Assembly (NCBI RefSeq): GCF_040938485.1
Contig: NW_027271601.1
Location: forward strand, 1,054,001 to 1,118,000
Direction of reading: 5' to 3'
DNA length: 64,000 bases
DNA from: Diadema antillarum
Lineage: Eukaryota
The position numbers and the translations under genes are program-made. Below, one piece after another: positions 53,465 through 64,000 of the stretch; position 1 is the stretch's first letter, and each line of letters starts with the position of its first letter. The notes beneath the pieces are model-generated. The model saw nothing but the letters and a program-made list of their open reading frames with translations. It was not told where the DNA came from and did not search any database.

Positions 53465-54067
53465 TTAAGCTTATACTTATATTCAGGTGACTTCAGCTTA
53501 AATGTGACCACGTATTTTTGTTCCACTCTTTTATGCCAGCTAGTATAAAAGACATATTAATGACTTTTAAGATAAATGATATCATGGAATCTTGATTGAT
53601 TTAATAATGTAATGCACCATTGCACAGCTGTGTGTTCACAGATCAGGCAGTTCAAAGACAGTATGACACAATCATGTGATTATGATTATGTAACTTCCAT
53701 GTCAAATGTGTATGTGTATAAATATATCATATACATGTGTATTTATATGTATGTATATATGTAAAGAAAGATAGATATGGAGAAAGAGAGAATAAAGGGT
53801 AGAATTAGAATGAGGTTAATACTGTATTGGCATGGTGACAGTTTATGATAGCAATGCACTTTTGAGGGGTCATAGCACAGATATGTTATGCCAATGAAGA
53901 AAAATGAAATGTCTTCTTCATGTATAAATGATGTCTAATGGTATAACCTCCTACAGCTGGGCAACACCCTAATGTAGCCATTAATTGGATTAGGTGGGAT
54001 GGAAAATTCCTGTGATGATGGGTGGGATTCGGGGAGTTTGTTTAAGAATGGTAGGAGGGAAAGAATG

Positions 54068-54236
54068 CAGTGGTGGATCCAGGGACTACCGCATCGGGTG
54101 CCCCCCCCCCAGCTTTATTTTATTGTAAAAACAACAGAAATAAAAAGAAGAAAATGGGGGAGAGATGCGCGCGCTCCCCCCCCCTTTAATTTTGTAAAGG
54201 TGCCCCCTGTTTAAGGATTTCTTGGATCCGCCCCTG
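54068..54236. mobile_element. TIR MITE of the CAGGGGCGGATCC type, superfamily uncertain
   Basis: CAGTGGTGGATCCAG...TTGGATCCGCCCCTG. Confidence 0.7.
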
Positions 54237-55158
54237 CAATGTGTTGGAGAAGGTGCACGGCTGCTTGCCTAAAATAACTGTGGTCAGGATGTGATATTCA
54301 GGCCAACGAATTCACCTGGAAGGTGATGAGAAATACTGCTGACTTTATTCAAAGAAAGAATTGATCGTTCATTGGAATGATACATAAACAGAGCTGTACT
54401 CCGTGACAAGGGAGATGAATTCATCTATAGAGCAGTTAGTCTTCAAGACAGACTGTCTTCTTTATTACAAGGTATCAGTCTGATAGTCATATATCCTTTT
54501 TTTATGCAAGAATAACTGCCCTTACCTAAGCAGTGACTTGACGTTTAAAGAGTCCTAAAGAGAAATGTTATATATACACATTTGAAATATTTCCATCTTT
54601 TCTTGACAAACTTGGCATTTCTTTGATGCCAATGGGATGGACCAGTAATACAATTGTATATATGCATTTGACATCACTTTCATAATGATTATGTCTTATT
54701 TTGTATAATAACATTACAATAATTTTATCATTATTGGTTGTAATCATCCCTATGATTGCCTTGTGTGTTGATGAATCTTAACTCACAAAGGAATTGGCTG
54801 GAATTCAGTAAAATCATGGCAACCATACCTATCAAAATCTTATTAAGCATTGACATAATATCATGCATGGACAATATACAAATATGATTATTATCAATCT
54901 GTTGAGGACAATTCGATATTGTTATAACACATTTGTCCTATAGTCATCTGCCTGAGTATACTCTGGACTGGTCTTCAGTGATAGATACAGATATAGATTA
55001 TTCGGCATGATTGTAGAACAGGTCCAAACATGGTTTTATTTTTAATTCTTTTCTTTCATTGTTCTTTCCTCTTGCAGCTGCAGGTACCGTCATTTCTGTC
55101 TCTATGACGGTCTAGTTGGTGTTTTGTCCTCTTCCTCTTTCTCATTCTCTTCTCCTTG

Positions 55159-55159
<1 letters not shown>

Positions 55160-55210
<51 letters not shown>
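55160..55210. repeat. (GT)n microsatellite
   Basis: Direct reading. Confidence 0.97.
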
Positions 55211-55214
<4 letters not shown>

Positions 55215-55770
55215 GCGTGCGTGCAGAGTGAGTGTGTGTGTGAGTGTAACAGCCTGTGTTGATTTTCTTTCGGGGAACCTACTCCTACAAGCATCTGCTT
55301 CTATGTAGGTTCCCTCCTCACACAATTTTATTTATCCATCATGAATGTACCCTTGAGAATAATTTCAATTCATTTTGTGCTATGTAAATGCTTTTGTATA
55401 TACTGAACTTATAACTTATAATTTATGTGTCACTTTACATGGTCATTGATGGATGTTGTAAACACAACATTGTATGATTTGTGTGGAAACCTAATAAATG
55501 AAGTGAAATGAAAAGTGATGTGAGATTTCACCCTTTATTGAGCTTAAAACAGACTTCTCCATCCCATCATGTTGAATTCTTGGAAATTTATAGTTCATAT
55601 AGAAGAATCTATATGCAGAACTCAAACTGTTAATCTACTTTGCTGCAGCATGGTATTACACATATGCCAGTGTCTGCTGTAAATCTCAAACACTTGTTAT
55701 TTTATCATGCTGACATTTGTCTGTGTTGATGACAGGTGTGATCATATACAACACCAGAGCTTATATAAAT

Positions 55771-56459
55771 GTGACCCTGCACCTCAAAACAAACAAAAAG
55801 TCGCCAGAAATGAATTTTAAATTAAGACCATATTGTGAAAGAGCAGACTTTAAGCTTTAAAATGATGTATAACTCAAATCAAATGGACTCTCCTAACCCA
55901 TCTAAATATTGGAAAGAAAGCACAAACTCAGGAAAAGTGTGAACTGAGAAAAGAGGCTCTAAAGTACAGTGTCTATTCAAGCGCGTAATCGTTACCAAAC
56001 TGTGCTTGCTGTGCGATGAATGGGACAAAAAACAGGAAGTAAACCACCAGAGTAACAACAATGAAGGGATTATGAGATTAAACTGAAATTAGGCATGCCT
56101 CATTAACACACTCTGTCCACAATTAATGCCAACTTTCAAAGCAGTAGCATTATCCTTTCAAAAGTTATTAGAGTTGAAAGTGAAGAGTGTGGACAAGGTT
56201 TTTCAGAAATGAAAAAGGGATTCTAAAGACACACCTAATCACACTATTCTACCAAAAATGTTCGAGATAAACTGCTAAAAAAACACACTTTCCTGCCCGT
56301 TTTATGATACCAAATTTAAGCATAATGTAAAAGAAGACCCGCTCTTTCAGAAAATATGAAAAAGTCAAGTTCGGCTAGGTTGACCCATTTCACTTATTTT
56401 CAGTCCTCACGCAAAATCAGTGTGTGCGACTTTATGTTCGTTTTGAGGTGCACTGTCAC
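55771..56459 (+). mobile_element. MITE family C, copy 2
   Basis: AAAT|GTGACC...GTCAC|AAAT; ends 141 bp upstream of exon 6. Confidence 0.92.
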
Positions 56460-56600
56460 AAATGGTAAGTGGATTTTCTCACTTGGGTGTGAACCATACA
56501 AACATCATGCAGTATTTCTAGTATCATTTATTGATGTAATCATTTCAGAAGACATGAAATCTAATTTCTTTCTTTTGTTTTGTCTATTACACTCAATCAG

Positions 56601-56713
56601 ACGTCGCCCTCAACATGACGGCAACGTCTGGAAAGATGGAGAGGTCGTTTCTGATCCGCATGAAGTCCACCCTGACCAAGAGAGGTGTCCATTTCAAGTC
56701 TTCAGGTTACAAG
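56601..56713 (+). CDS. NPAS3: NPAS1/3 coding exon 6 (PAS-A C-terminal part)
   Basis: aatcag|(D)[37 protein letters not shown]|gtagag; the phase-1 start fits exon 5 across a ~19.5 kb intron. Confidence 0.95.
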
Positions 56714-58010
56714 GTAGAGTCACCCATAAGAGTTATGTTACAACCAGAAGGTCTCATCTCTCTGTAGGATAGACAGACATGAAATCTATACCCTTGTTGC
56801 TCTTACATGACTACATTAAAAAAAAAAGTCAACATTGATTAGAAATGGACAGGACTGCTAAAATGCAGAGCTTGTAGTTCGTGGTCCCCTCATAGACAAT
56901 AATATCGTCGGTTGAGAATGAGAAGGGCGTTAAGTTGTCCTCATCAATCTCACCCGATGATATCTAATTACTGAACGAACGAGACTAGGCAAGACTGCAT
57001 ACCAGCACTACTTATGAGGTCATTCACATTTCTTTCTTTTTTTCAGAGAAGTATTGAAAAGGTGAAGTATAAGGACAACGAAAGTGCACATTCTGTATAG
57101 AACCATTTTAGAGCCTGAAGGTTACATGGGCAATACAGTCATGTTCAAAGTTAAATCCTTCTTGCCCTCATCTTTGCACTTCCTGTGTCAATTATGACCA
57201 TTTTCACTGTGGTGCTTTTTTCTCTCCTCACACAGGGAATATTGAAATCAAACACAGTCGAGATAAATAGTTTAACCCAACTAACAAACAGTAAGTGTGA
57301 TAGTCCAACCTGGTGAACTGTAAGGACTTTGCTGAAAGCTAGGGTTAGGGTTAGGGTAAGCTGCTGTTAGTTAGGGTTTATGGCCAAGTCAATCCCTTTG
57401 TTCAGAATGAATTGGAAGCAATTACAATCACAGTGAGCATTTCTGTAGTAAAGTTGGCTCACATTACCATACAAACTATGCTGCACCATTCCTTTTGTTC
57501 TGACTCCTTCCCAAATGCTGTGTGAGTTTTTATTTCCGTACACTTTTCAGGATATGTGATAAAGTCATCATAATTTCCCCTGACAGGAAACCATCAGAGC
57601 ACAAATTATATTTTCAAGACTTTTATTTGAGGTTAAAAGTTGAAAGGGATGATAAAAAAAAAATCTTTTAGAGTATCCAAAACATTTGGAATAGATAACA
57701 TCGTGGGCGGAAATTTCATTGGCATAAAACCAAGTTGAGCTTCTCTCTTCCTCCCCCCCCCCCCTTTATAAATAGCAAGCTTTAGATTTGCAACACGAAC
57801 GCTTAGAAGATACAGCCAGGTTGTACAATACAAACAGCTGTCATATGCATGTGTAGAACACTATTTTTTCGCCTAAGTAGCATCATCTTAGCATTCACGT
57901 CACAAATATCTAAAGCTCTAATGCCTCAGGTCCACAACATAATGTGTATTCCTAATAGTAGACAGAGAAAAACCTCCCTTGTGTGAGCTCATCCATTGAC
58001 GGGACATAAA

Positions 58011-58220
58011 GGCCTGAATTCACAAAGGTGGTATAAACGTAGACCATGGTACAATAAAGCGTGAAATAGGCGTACCTTTGACATGTGCGTACCAATGCGT
58101 GTTTGCTACTAGACGTCTGTTGGCGTACGCAATTTGTCAGTCGTATTTACGAAGAAGAAATTTTCATAAACCATGGTTTCAACCATGGTTTCAATTGTAC
58201 CACCTTCATGACTTCGGGCC
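58011..58220. mobile_element. Harbinger-like MITE
   Basis: GGCCTGAATTCACAAAGGTGGTA...TACCACCTTCATGACTTCGGGCC imperfect TIRs. Confidence 0.65.
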
Positions 58221-58457
58221 TAAGTGTGTACCTTCAAACTTAGTAGTATTTTGGTATTACTCAGCATGACGCATATATTTGCTTGGCAAGAAGATTTGAA
58301 GATTTCTCTCTTTTTTTAAAAACTTGATAAAGTATGAGACTTGTCACATCATCATGGCATGATAAAGTTGCAAAACATGAATTTCTTATTCCAGTATATT
58401 TCTGTTTTTCAGACTTTTAGCTTTCAGGTGGCATTATTTACAATAGGCCTACTACAT

Positions 58458-59146
58458 GTGACCCTGCACCTCAAAACAAACAAAAAGTCGCCAGACATGA
58501 ATTTTTAGTTAAGACCATATTCTGAAAGAGCAGACTTTTAGCTTCAAAATGCTGTATAACTCAAATCAAATGGACTCTCCTAACCTATCTAAATATTGGA
58601 AAGAAAGCACAAACTCAGGAAAAGTGTGAACTGAGAAAAGAGGCTCTGAAGTACAGTGTCTATTCAAGCGTTTAATCTTTACCAAACCGTGCTGGATGTG
58701 CGATGAATGGGAAAAAAACAGGAAGTAAACCACCAGAGTAACAACAATGAAGGGATTATCAGATTAAACTGAAATTGAGCATGCCTCATTAACACATTCT
58801 GTCCATAATCAATGCCAACTTTCAAAGCAGTAGCACTATCCTTTCAAAAGTTATTAGAGTTGAAAGTGAAGAGTGTGGACAAGGTTTTTCAGAAATGAAA
58901 AAGGGATTCTAAAGACACACCTAATCACACTATTCTACCAAAAATGTTCGAGATAAACTGCTAAAAAAAACCACATTTCCTGCCCGTTTTATGATACCAA
59001 ATTTTAGCATAATGTAAAAGAAGACCCGCTCTTTCAGAAAATATGAAAAAGTCAAGTTTGGCTAGGTTGACCCATTTCACTTATTTTCAGTCCTCACGCA
59101 AAATCAGTGTGTGCGACTTTATGTTCGTTTTGAGGTGCACGGTCAC
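58458..59146 (+). mobile_element. MITE family C, copy 3
   Basis: Same orientation as and highly similar to 55771-56459; flanks ACAT/AAAT. Confidence 0.92.
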
Positions 59147-59600
59147 AAATGGAGGTGTTAGAAAATAAACTGTGACAGAAAGATGAGTCTAGTGTGCTGG
59201 AGACATAGCATTCAAAAATAGCGAGCAAGGTACTGCAGAATACCACAATACTCACATAGACCTTCTTTATATCATTCATTCTCAAACTCTTGACTCTTTG
59301 ACGACTGTTTCATTTTCCATATTCCAAACAAAATGCCTTATTTTGCATATTTCTTGGCAATGATGTCTGTATGTGATATTAGTAATGTGATAAGTTGCAT
59401 GTCAAAAAACAGTGCAAGATTTAAACTAATGTTTGATGATAGCATGTACAATGTATATCATCCCCTCACATAATCATCAACAATGAATGAATTCTAAATG
59501 AAGTATCTGAGTACTATACTGTCCGCAAAAGATGTAACTTTGTCCTTTTACTGTTTTTGTTTTTGTTTGTCTGTTTGTTTGTTTGTTTTTTTGATTCCAG

Positions 59601-59794
59601 GTGATTCAGGTTACTGGAGCGATGAGGCCGGAGCTGGTTGTTTCACAGTACAACCACCACACACCAACCGTCATGGGCTTCGTTGCCATGGGTTACTCAC
59701 TGCCCCCGCCCACCATCAGTGAGGTGCGGCTGGACCCTACCATGTTTATGTGCAAGGTGGATCTGGACCTGACAATCACCTTCTGTGAAGCCAA
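59601..59794 (+). CDS. NPAS3: NPAS1/3 coding exon 7 (PAS-A end, PAS-B start)
   Basis: ttccag|VIQVTGAMRPELVVSQYNHHTPTVMGFVAMGYSLPPPTISEVRLDPTMFMCKVDLDLTITFCEA+AA. The donor is hidden by the N-gap starting at 59795; the phase-2 end matches exon 8. Confidence 0.93.
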
Positions 59795-60043
59795 NNNNNN
59801 NNNNNNNNNNNNNNNNNNNNNNNNNNNNNNNNNNNNNNNNNNNNNNNNNNNNNNNNNNNNNNNNNNNNNNNNNNNNNNNNNNNNNNNNNNNNNNNNNNNN
59901 NNNNNNNNNNNNNNNNNNNNNNNNNNNNNNNNNNNNNNNNNNNNNNNNNNNNNNNNNNNNNNNNNNNNNNNNNNNNNNNNNNNNNNNNNNNNNNNNNNNN
60001 NNNNNNNNNNNNNNNNNNNNNNNNNNNNNNNNNNNNNNNNNNN
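59795..60043. other. Assembly gap (N run) beginning exactly at the end of exon 7
   Basis: Ns. Confidence 1.
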
Positions 60044-60781
60044 TCTGTCTAGCTGTAATTCATAAATATTCAATAGGAATTCCATCAATAAAAACAGTAA
60101 TTACTGCATTATCAAAATCTATAAAAGTGTCATATGTCATTTAAGCAAGTAATGTAATATCATACCATTGTCATTTCATATTCAACATATTGTGCTAGGA
60201 GACGAAACTACCTGCACCATCACTTATTTATACCCTTATCTCTACCAGTCATACATATCTCCTCTCATAGATATACCAGGTTCCACAATATATTAAGACA
60301 GGTGGCTTGACAAAAATAGAATTTGATGATAGAAGTTGAACTCTGCCATAAAAACTGTTGTCACATACATGTAACATTGAATAAACTCATGTTTGTTTTC
60401 ATGTAAAAGGAAATACATTGAGGTTTCATTGTGGATGCAGTGTGGTGTTAGTTTCAGTGTATCTTGGAAACAATGTAATCAGCTTGTTAAAGAATGTGCC
60501 TTGTTACAGGCTTTTCAGAGAAATAAGGAAATTGCTCAAAATAATTACTCTGTAACTGCTGGAGCTATGCAATAGCTAGCTTTGATATGATATCATAGAC
60601 AGAAGAAAAAAATTGTGTTTGAATTTCAAGCCCATATGAAACAAATAGTCATTTCTGGAACCCTGTGTATGCATTGTGATGAGATGTGTGAAGTGAATAT
60701 GATATATTTAGCAGTTTGAGTGGACAAAGATCTATTTCATCGGTGACTTTATTCTTCGTGACATTGTTTCCATCCGTATAG

Positions 60782-60888
60782 GATCAGTGAGTTCCTGGAC
60801 CATTCAGCAGACTCTGTAATCGGGAAGAGTTTCTACGGTTTCCTCCATGCTCAGGACATCAGCCACATTAGGAGTAGTCACCAGGACC
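60782..60888 (+). CDS. NPAS3: NPAS1/3 coding exon 8 (PAS-B)
   Basis: gtatag|G+ISEFLDHSADSVIGKSFYGFLHAQDISHIRSSHQD+C|gtaagt; homologous to ISDYMD...HSHLD of NPAS3. Confidence 0.95.
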
Positions 60889-61296
60889 GTAAGTCACTCA
60901 TGGAACAGTTATTCCTTCTTGGATAAAAGAAAAGAAAAATTGAATTAAACAAAACCAACTCTTGTTTGCATGGCATCTGGGAATAACTTAAAGAAAAGTT
61001 TACTTTAATTCACTGCGGCAGGTCTAACATAGCAAGACATTAAATGCATATCAAACATAGTCAAAACTGTCTATTTTGATAATGATTGCTCAATGAAAAC
61101 ACAAGATGTGGTTCTATAGGCAGGTGGTTATTGTAGACTGGTTCAATAGGGGTAGCATTCGTGATATTTCCAGTGTCCCATAACGATTACACATACACCA
61201 AGACAGTGCTACTGTCAAACCTGTCTATAGCGAGGGAGACAGAAAACTGTCATAGACAGGTGGTCGCAATAGATTTGATATAATTTGATTTGATAT

Positions 61297-61543
61297 GAAG
61301 AGTTTGTTCGCAAAAACCGATAAGTCCATTTTTGAAGATTTTGAAGTACGGTCTCTATCATAAAGTACAAAATAATACCTTTTAAATGATATATTGGTCA
61401 CTACATATAAAGGTACATTTTTGAAGTTATGGTCAAAAGAAGCAAAAATTTTCTTATTATTCTCTTTATTTTTCTTGACCTTTAATGGCAAATGTCTCCA
61501 TTTGGCAAATATGGACTTATCGGTTTTTGCGAACAAACTCTTC
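61297..61543. mobile_element. MITE family H, copy 2
   Basis: Near-identical to 1764-2010; flanks ATAT/ATTT. Confidence 0.9.
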
Positions 61544-61964
61544 ATTTATTCTCAGCATGCCATTTTCTTTACAAGTGCATCAATTCTCTGCAATCTCATT
61601 AACATTGTACAAAATAACAGTAATATGACTATTTTCAACAGTTATCATCATACGTATACAACTGTAATATAATCACATGCATTAATCTTTGCATACAGAA
61701 CGATTGCCAAGAATAAGAACAAAGGTTGACTGTTTGGCAGCTGATAATAAATAACATTAATGCAGTGAAGAAAACCAAGGGGGTCCAACATGATGCTCAT
61801 GGAATAAGGGTTAGAAAGAGAGAGAGAGAGAAAGAGAGGGGGAAGGGGAAGGGATGATAAAACCCTCTGACAGGGTCTTCAATGTGACTTTTCTCATGGG
61901 GGAATTTTTTTAGTGACCGTACAAAACAGGTGGCCACTAAAGCAGGTCAACTGCATATAGTATA

Positions 61965-62936
61965 CAGTTAAACTCGCCTAAGTCGACGTCGCATATGTCG
62001 AATAATCGCGCAAGTCGAAGATTTTAAAAAGTCCCAATTTTTCCCCATTGACTTACATGTATTAATTCACTCACAAGTCGAATTTTTAAAGTCGAATACT
62101 CGCCTAAGTCGATGAAATTCCAAAAACACTTTCATGGAAAAACCATTGAATTCACTGTGCCTTAGTCGAATAACATTTTATTGTGTAAAAATCATTGTCA
62201 AAATCATGAGACGCCAGTTTTTGTTTACATACAGTATATACCAAAAGAAACTTTGCGTTAAAAACATTAACGTTTCATTTACGCAAGCGGTTTCACCTGA
62301 ATCGTTATTAACGCAAACTAACGATCAGGAAAATTAACGTTTGTAGTAACGATGAGTAACGATCCCAAGCGCAAATTAACAATGTTTCGTTGACATTAAC
62401 AATAGTAACGCAAGAACTCACGCGAGATTTTGGTTTCCGTTACCCAGACCTGGTGAAAGGACGACGTATCGCCTCTGCCGAGTGTAGCGATCTATGCCTT
62501 ATATACTTAGCGGAGTCTTTTCGCGAATCGTATCACGATTTCGCGAATGGTTAATATGCGACCGGGGTCACCAAAAACGCATGCCGTGCCAATAACAACA
62601 ACAAAAAAGCCCGATGTTTGCCTTCAGTTTTGGAAATGAACAGCGGTAACAATCGGCTCCATAAGATGCTAGAATAAATGTCAGATGTTTGCTCTTAATT
62701 TTGGAAATGAATAACGGTAATATTCAATGTGGATAAAGCGTCTTGCTGAAGGGCAAATATCGGGCACACCGCTCCAGCTCTCAGTTCCAAAGTAGACAAC
62801 ATACATGTACATTATACACGTGTATGCGTGGTGTAACTGTAAGTCGATTTTTTTCGACTTACGCACAAGTCGAAACTCGCCTAAGTCGATGTGTTTTGCT
62901 CAGTCCCGAGAAGACCGATTTATGCGAGTTTAACTG
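61965..62936. mobile_element. Non-autonomous Tc1/pogo-like element (972 bp)
   Basis: TA|CAGTTAAACTCGC...GCGAGTTTAACTG|TA with subterminal AAGTCGA repeats at both ends and a CpG-rich interior. Confidence 0.88.
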
Positions 62937-64000
62937 TATATTCAACTATGCACTGACATGCTTGTTTATGTGTAATAAGTATGCAAAGTTATTCATATCT
63001 ACTTATTGCCCTCCCTCTTGAAATGATCCCTGATTTTATGAGCCATGAATAAGTTTCAGCATTGCGTTTCAGTTGATTCAAAGACCATCAAAGCTTTCAA
63101 CTGCAGCTGGTTGCATTGCTACACTCGCACTGAAGGGGTCATTGTGTAAAGTTGTCTAGCGGAAACCAAATCTGTGGTTGATAGTTGTGTAAAGCAGGTG
63201 GTGGCCATACACATACAGGTTCTTACCTACGTGTTTTTGGAAGATTACCATGTGGTTGCTATGGGCAGGTGGTTGCTGTAGACAGGTTGTAACTGGAATA
63301 GTTTTGACAAAAGGGCTTTTTACCTTCATGCCATGATAACTGGATGACATCATTACATTCCTCTGAAAATAAACAGATATTGTAAGGAAGACAAACTTTC
63401 TTTTGAAACTTTTCTTTGAGAGAAAAAAAAAATCGATATTTCAGTCATAGATTTGACCTCCCTCTTATTCTGGTGCAAACTGAATTTACAGAGGTATATG
63501 TAGTCCAAGGAATTTAAACACATTTCAACAGAGGGATCTAAGTTCAATTCAATTCAAATAAAATCAATTCAATTCAAATCAATTCACTTCAATTTATTTT
63601 TGCAACTCTTTAAAAAAAGCAATGTACAAATGAGAATACAGCTGTAATATAAAGATTTGGGTATACTTACATTTTCGAAGAAAAAATAATTTCACGAACA
63701 ATTCAATTAATCATTAAGACTAAAGATGGATAGATTATTGCATTTGCAGTTTATTTCTGCCTATAACCAAGATTTTTAGTTTGGAATGTACTGCTGTTTT
63801 ATTCTGTCTGTGTGTGTATGTGTGTGTTTTACAATTCAATTGATGTTTGATTTATGCTGAGTAAAGTAGCACAAGAAGCTTTTAACAAACTTTCCTGTGA
63901 TTGTAGTTACAGCAGATAAAAGTAGATATGTACTGCTTCGATTAATTTGTTTGATATCAGCAATAGCAACCATCAGGGCATTCTGGACTGTCCTTGTAAA

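Larger units (their letters stand above)
15102..60888 (+). other. NPAS3: Span of NPAS1/3 (trachealess-like) bHLH-PAS gene, 3'-partial; CDS join(15102..15154,21633..21898,24579..24661,26466..26555,36888..37077,56601..56713,59601..59794,60782..>60888)
   Basis: Manual splicing gives one continuous frame with intron phases 2,1,0,0,1,0,2,1. Motifs [106 protein letters not shown] and LPPPTISEVR match the NPAS1/NPAS3/Trh subfamily rather than SIM or HIF. The symbol denotes the invertebrate NPAS1/3 co-orthologue. Confidence 0.95.

Noticed and set aside
56356-56772. 138-aa ORF
   Set aside because: Chimera of MITE family C sequence and an off-frame reading of exon 6.
57340-57380. Short TTAGGG run
   Set aside because: Only about three tandem units; common in repeat remnants and not an interstitial telomere.
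60889-64000. Search for the next NPAS exon (LLxKGQ...YYR)
   Set aside because: No matching sequence found; the gene likely continues beyond the window.

Overview
AT-rich animal genomic DNA with three N-gaps. The repeat families look echinoderm or sea-urchin-like, but that is inference only. The window is dominated by one large plus-strand, intron-rich bHLH-PAS transcription factor gene of the NPAS1/NPAS3/trachealess family. Eight coding exons can be read and joined in frame with phase-consistent junctions: 15102-15154, 21633-21898, 24579-24661, 26466-26555, 36888-37077, 56601-56713, 59601-59794 and 60782-60888. All visible splice sites are canonical GT-AG; the exon 7 donor is hidden in an N-gap. 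The exons cover the bHLH, PAS-A and the first part of PAS-B. I could not find the remaining exons, which probably lie beyond the window. Upstream is a CpG-rich block (~12690-13500) with CCAAT, GC and TATA motifs. It may be a bidirectional promoter: on the minus strand, well-formed splice sites join 12749-12626 to 8574-8207 into an unrecognised 163-codon ORF. Introns and flanks are packed with non-autonomous DNA transposons: Kolobok/T2-like TTAA MITEs, piggyBac-like mini-MITEs, TA-flanked Tc1/mariner-like MITEs, AWWT-flanked (Sola1-like) MITEs, a hAT-like element with a 6-bp TSD, and a Helitron2/HINE-like element next to a splice donor. There is also a 5'-truncated CR1/L2-type LINE nested inside a MITE, SINE remnants and microsatellites. 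No rRNA, intact tRNA or CRISPR array was seen. No new biological system is demonstrated; the best leads are the divergent spliced ORF and candidate alternative exons or an internal promoter of the NPAS gene.
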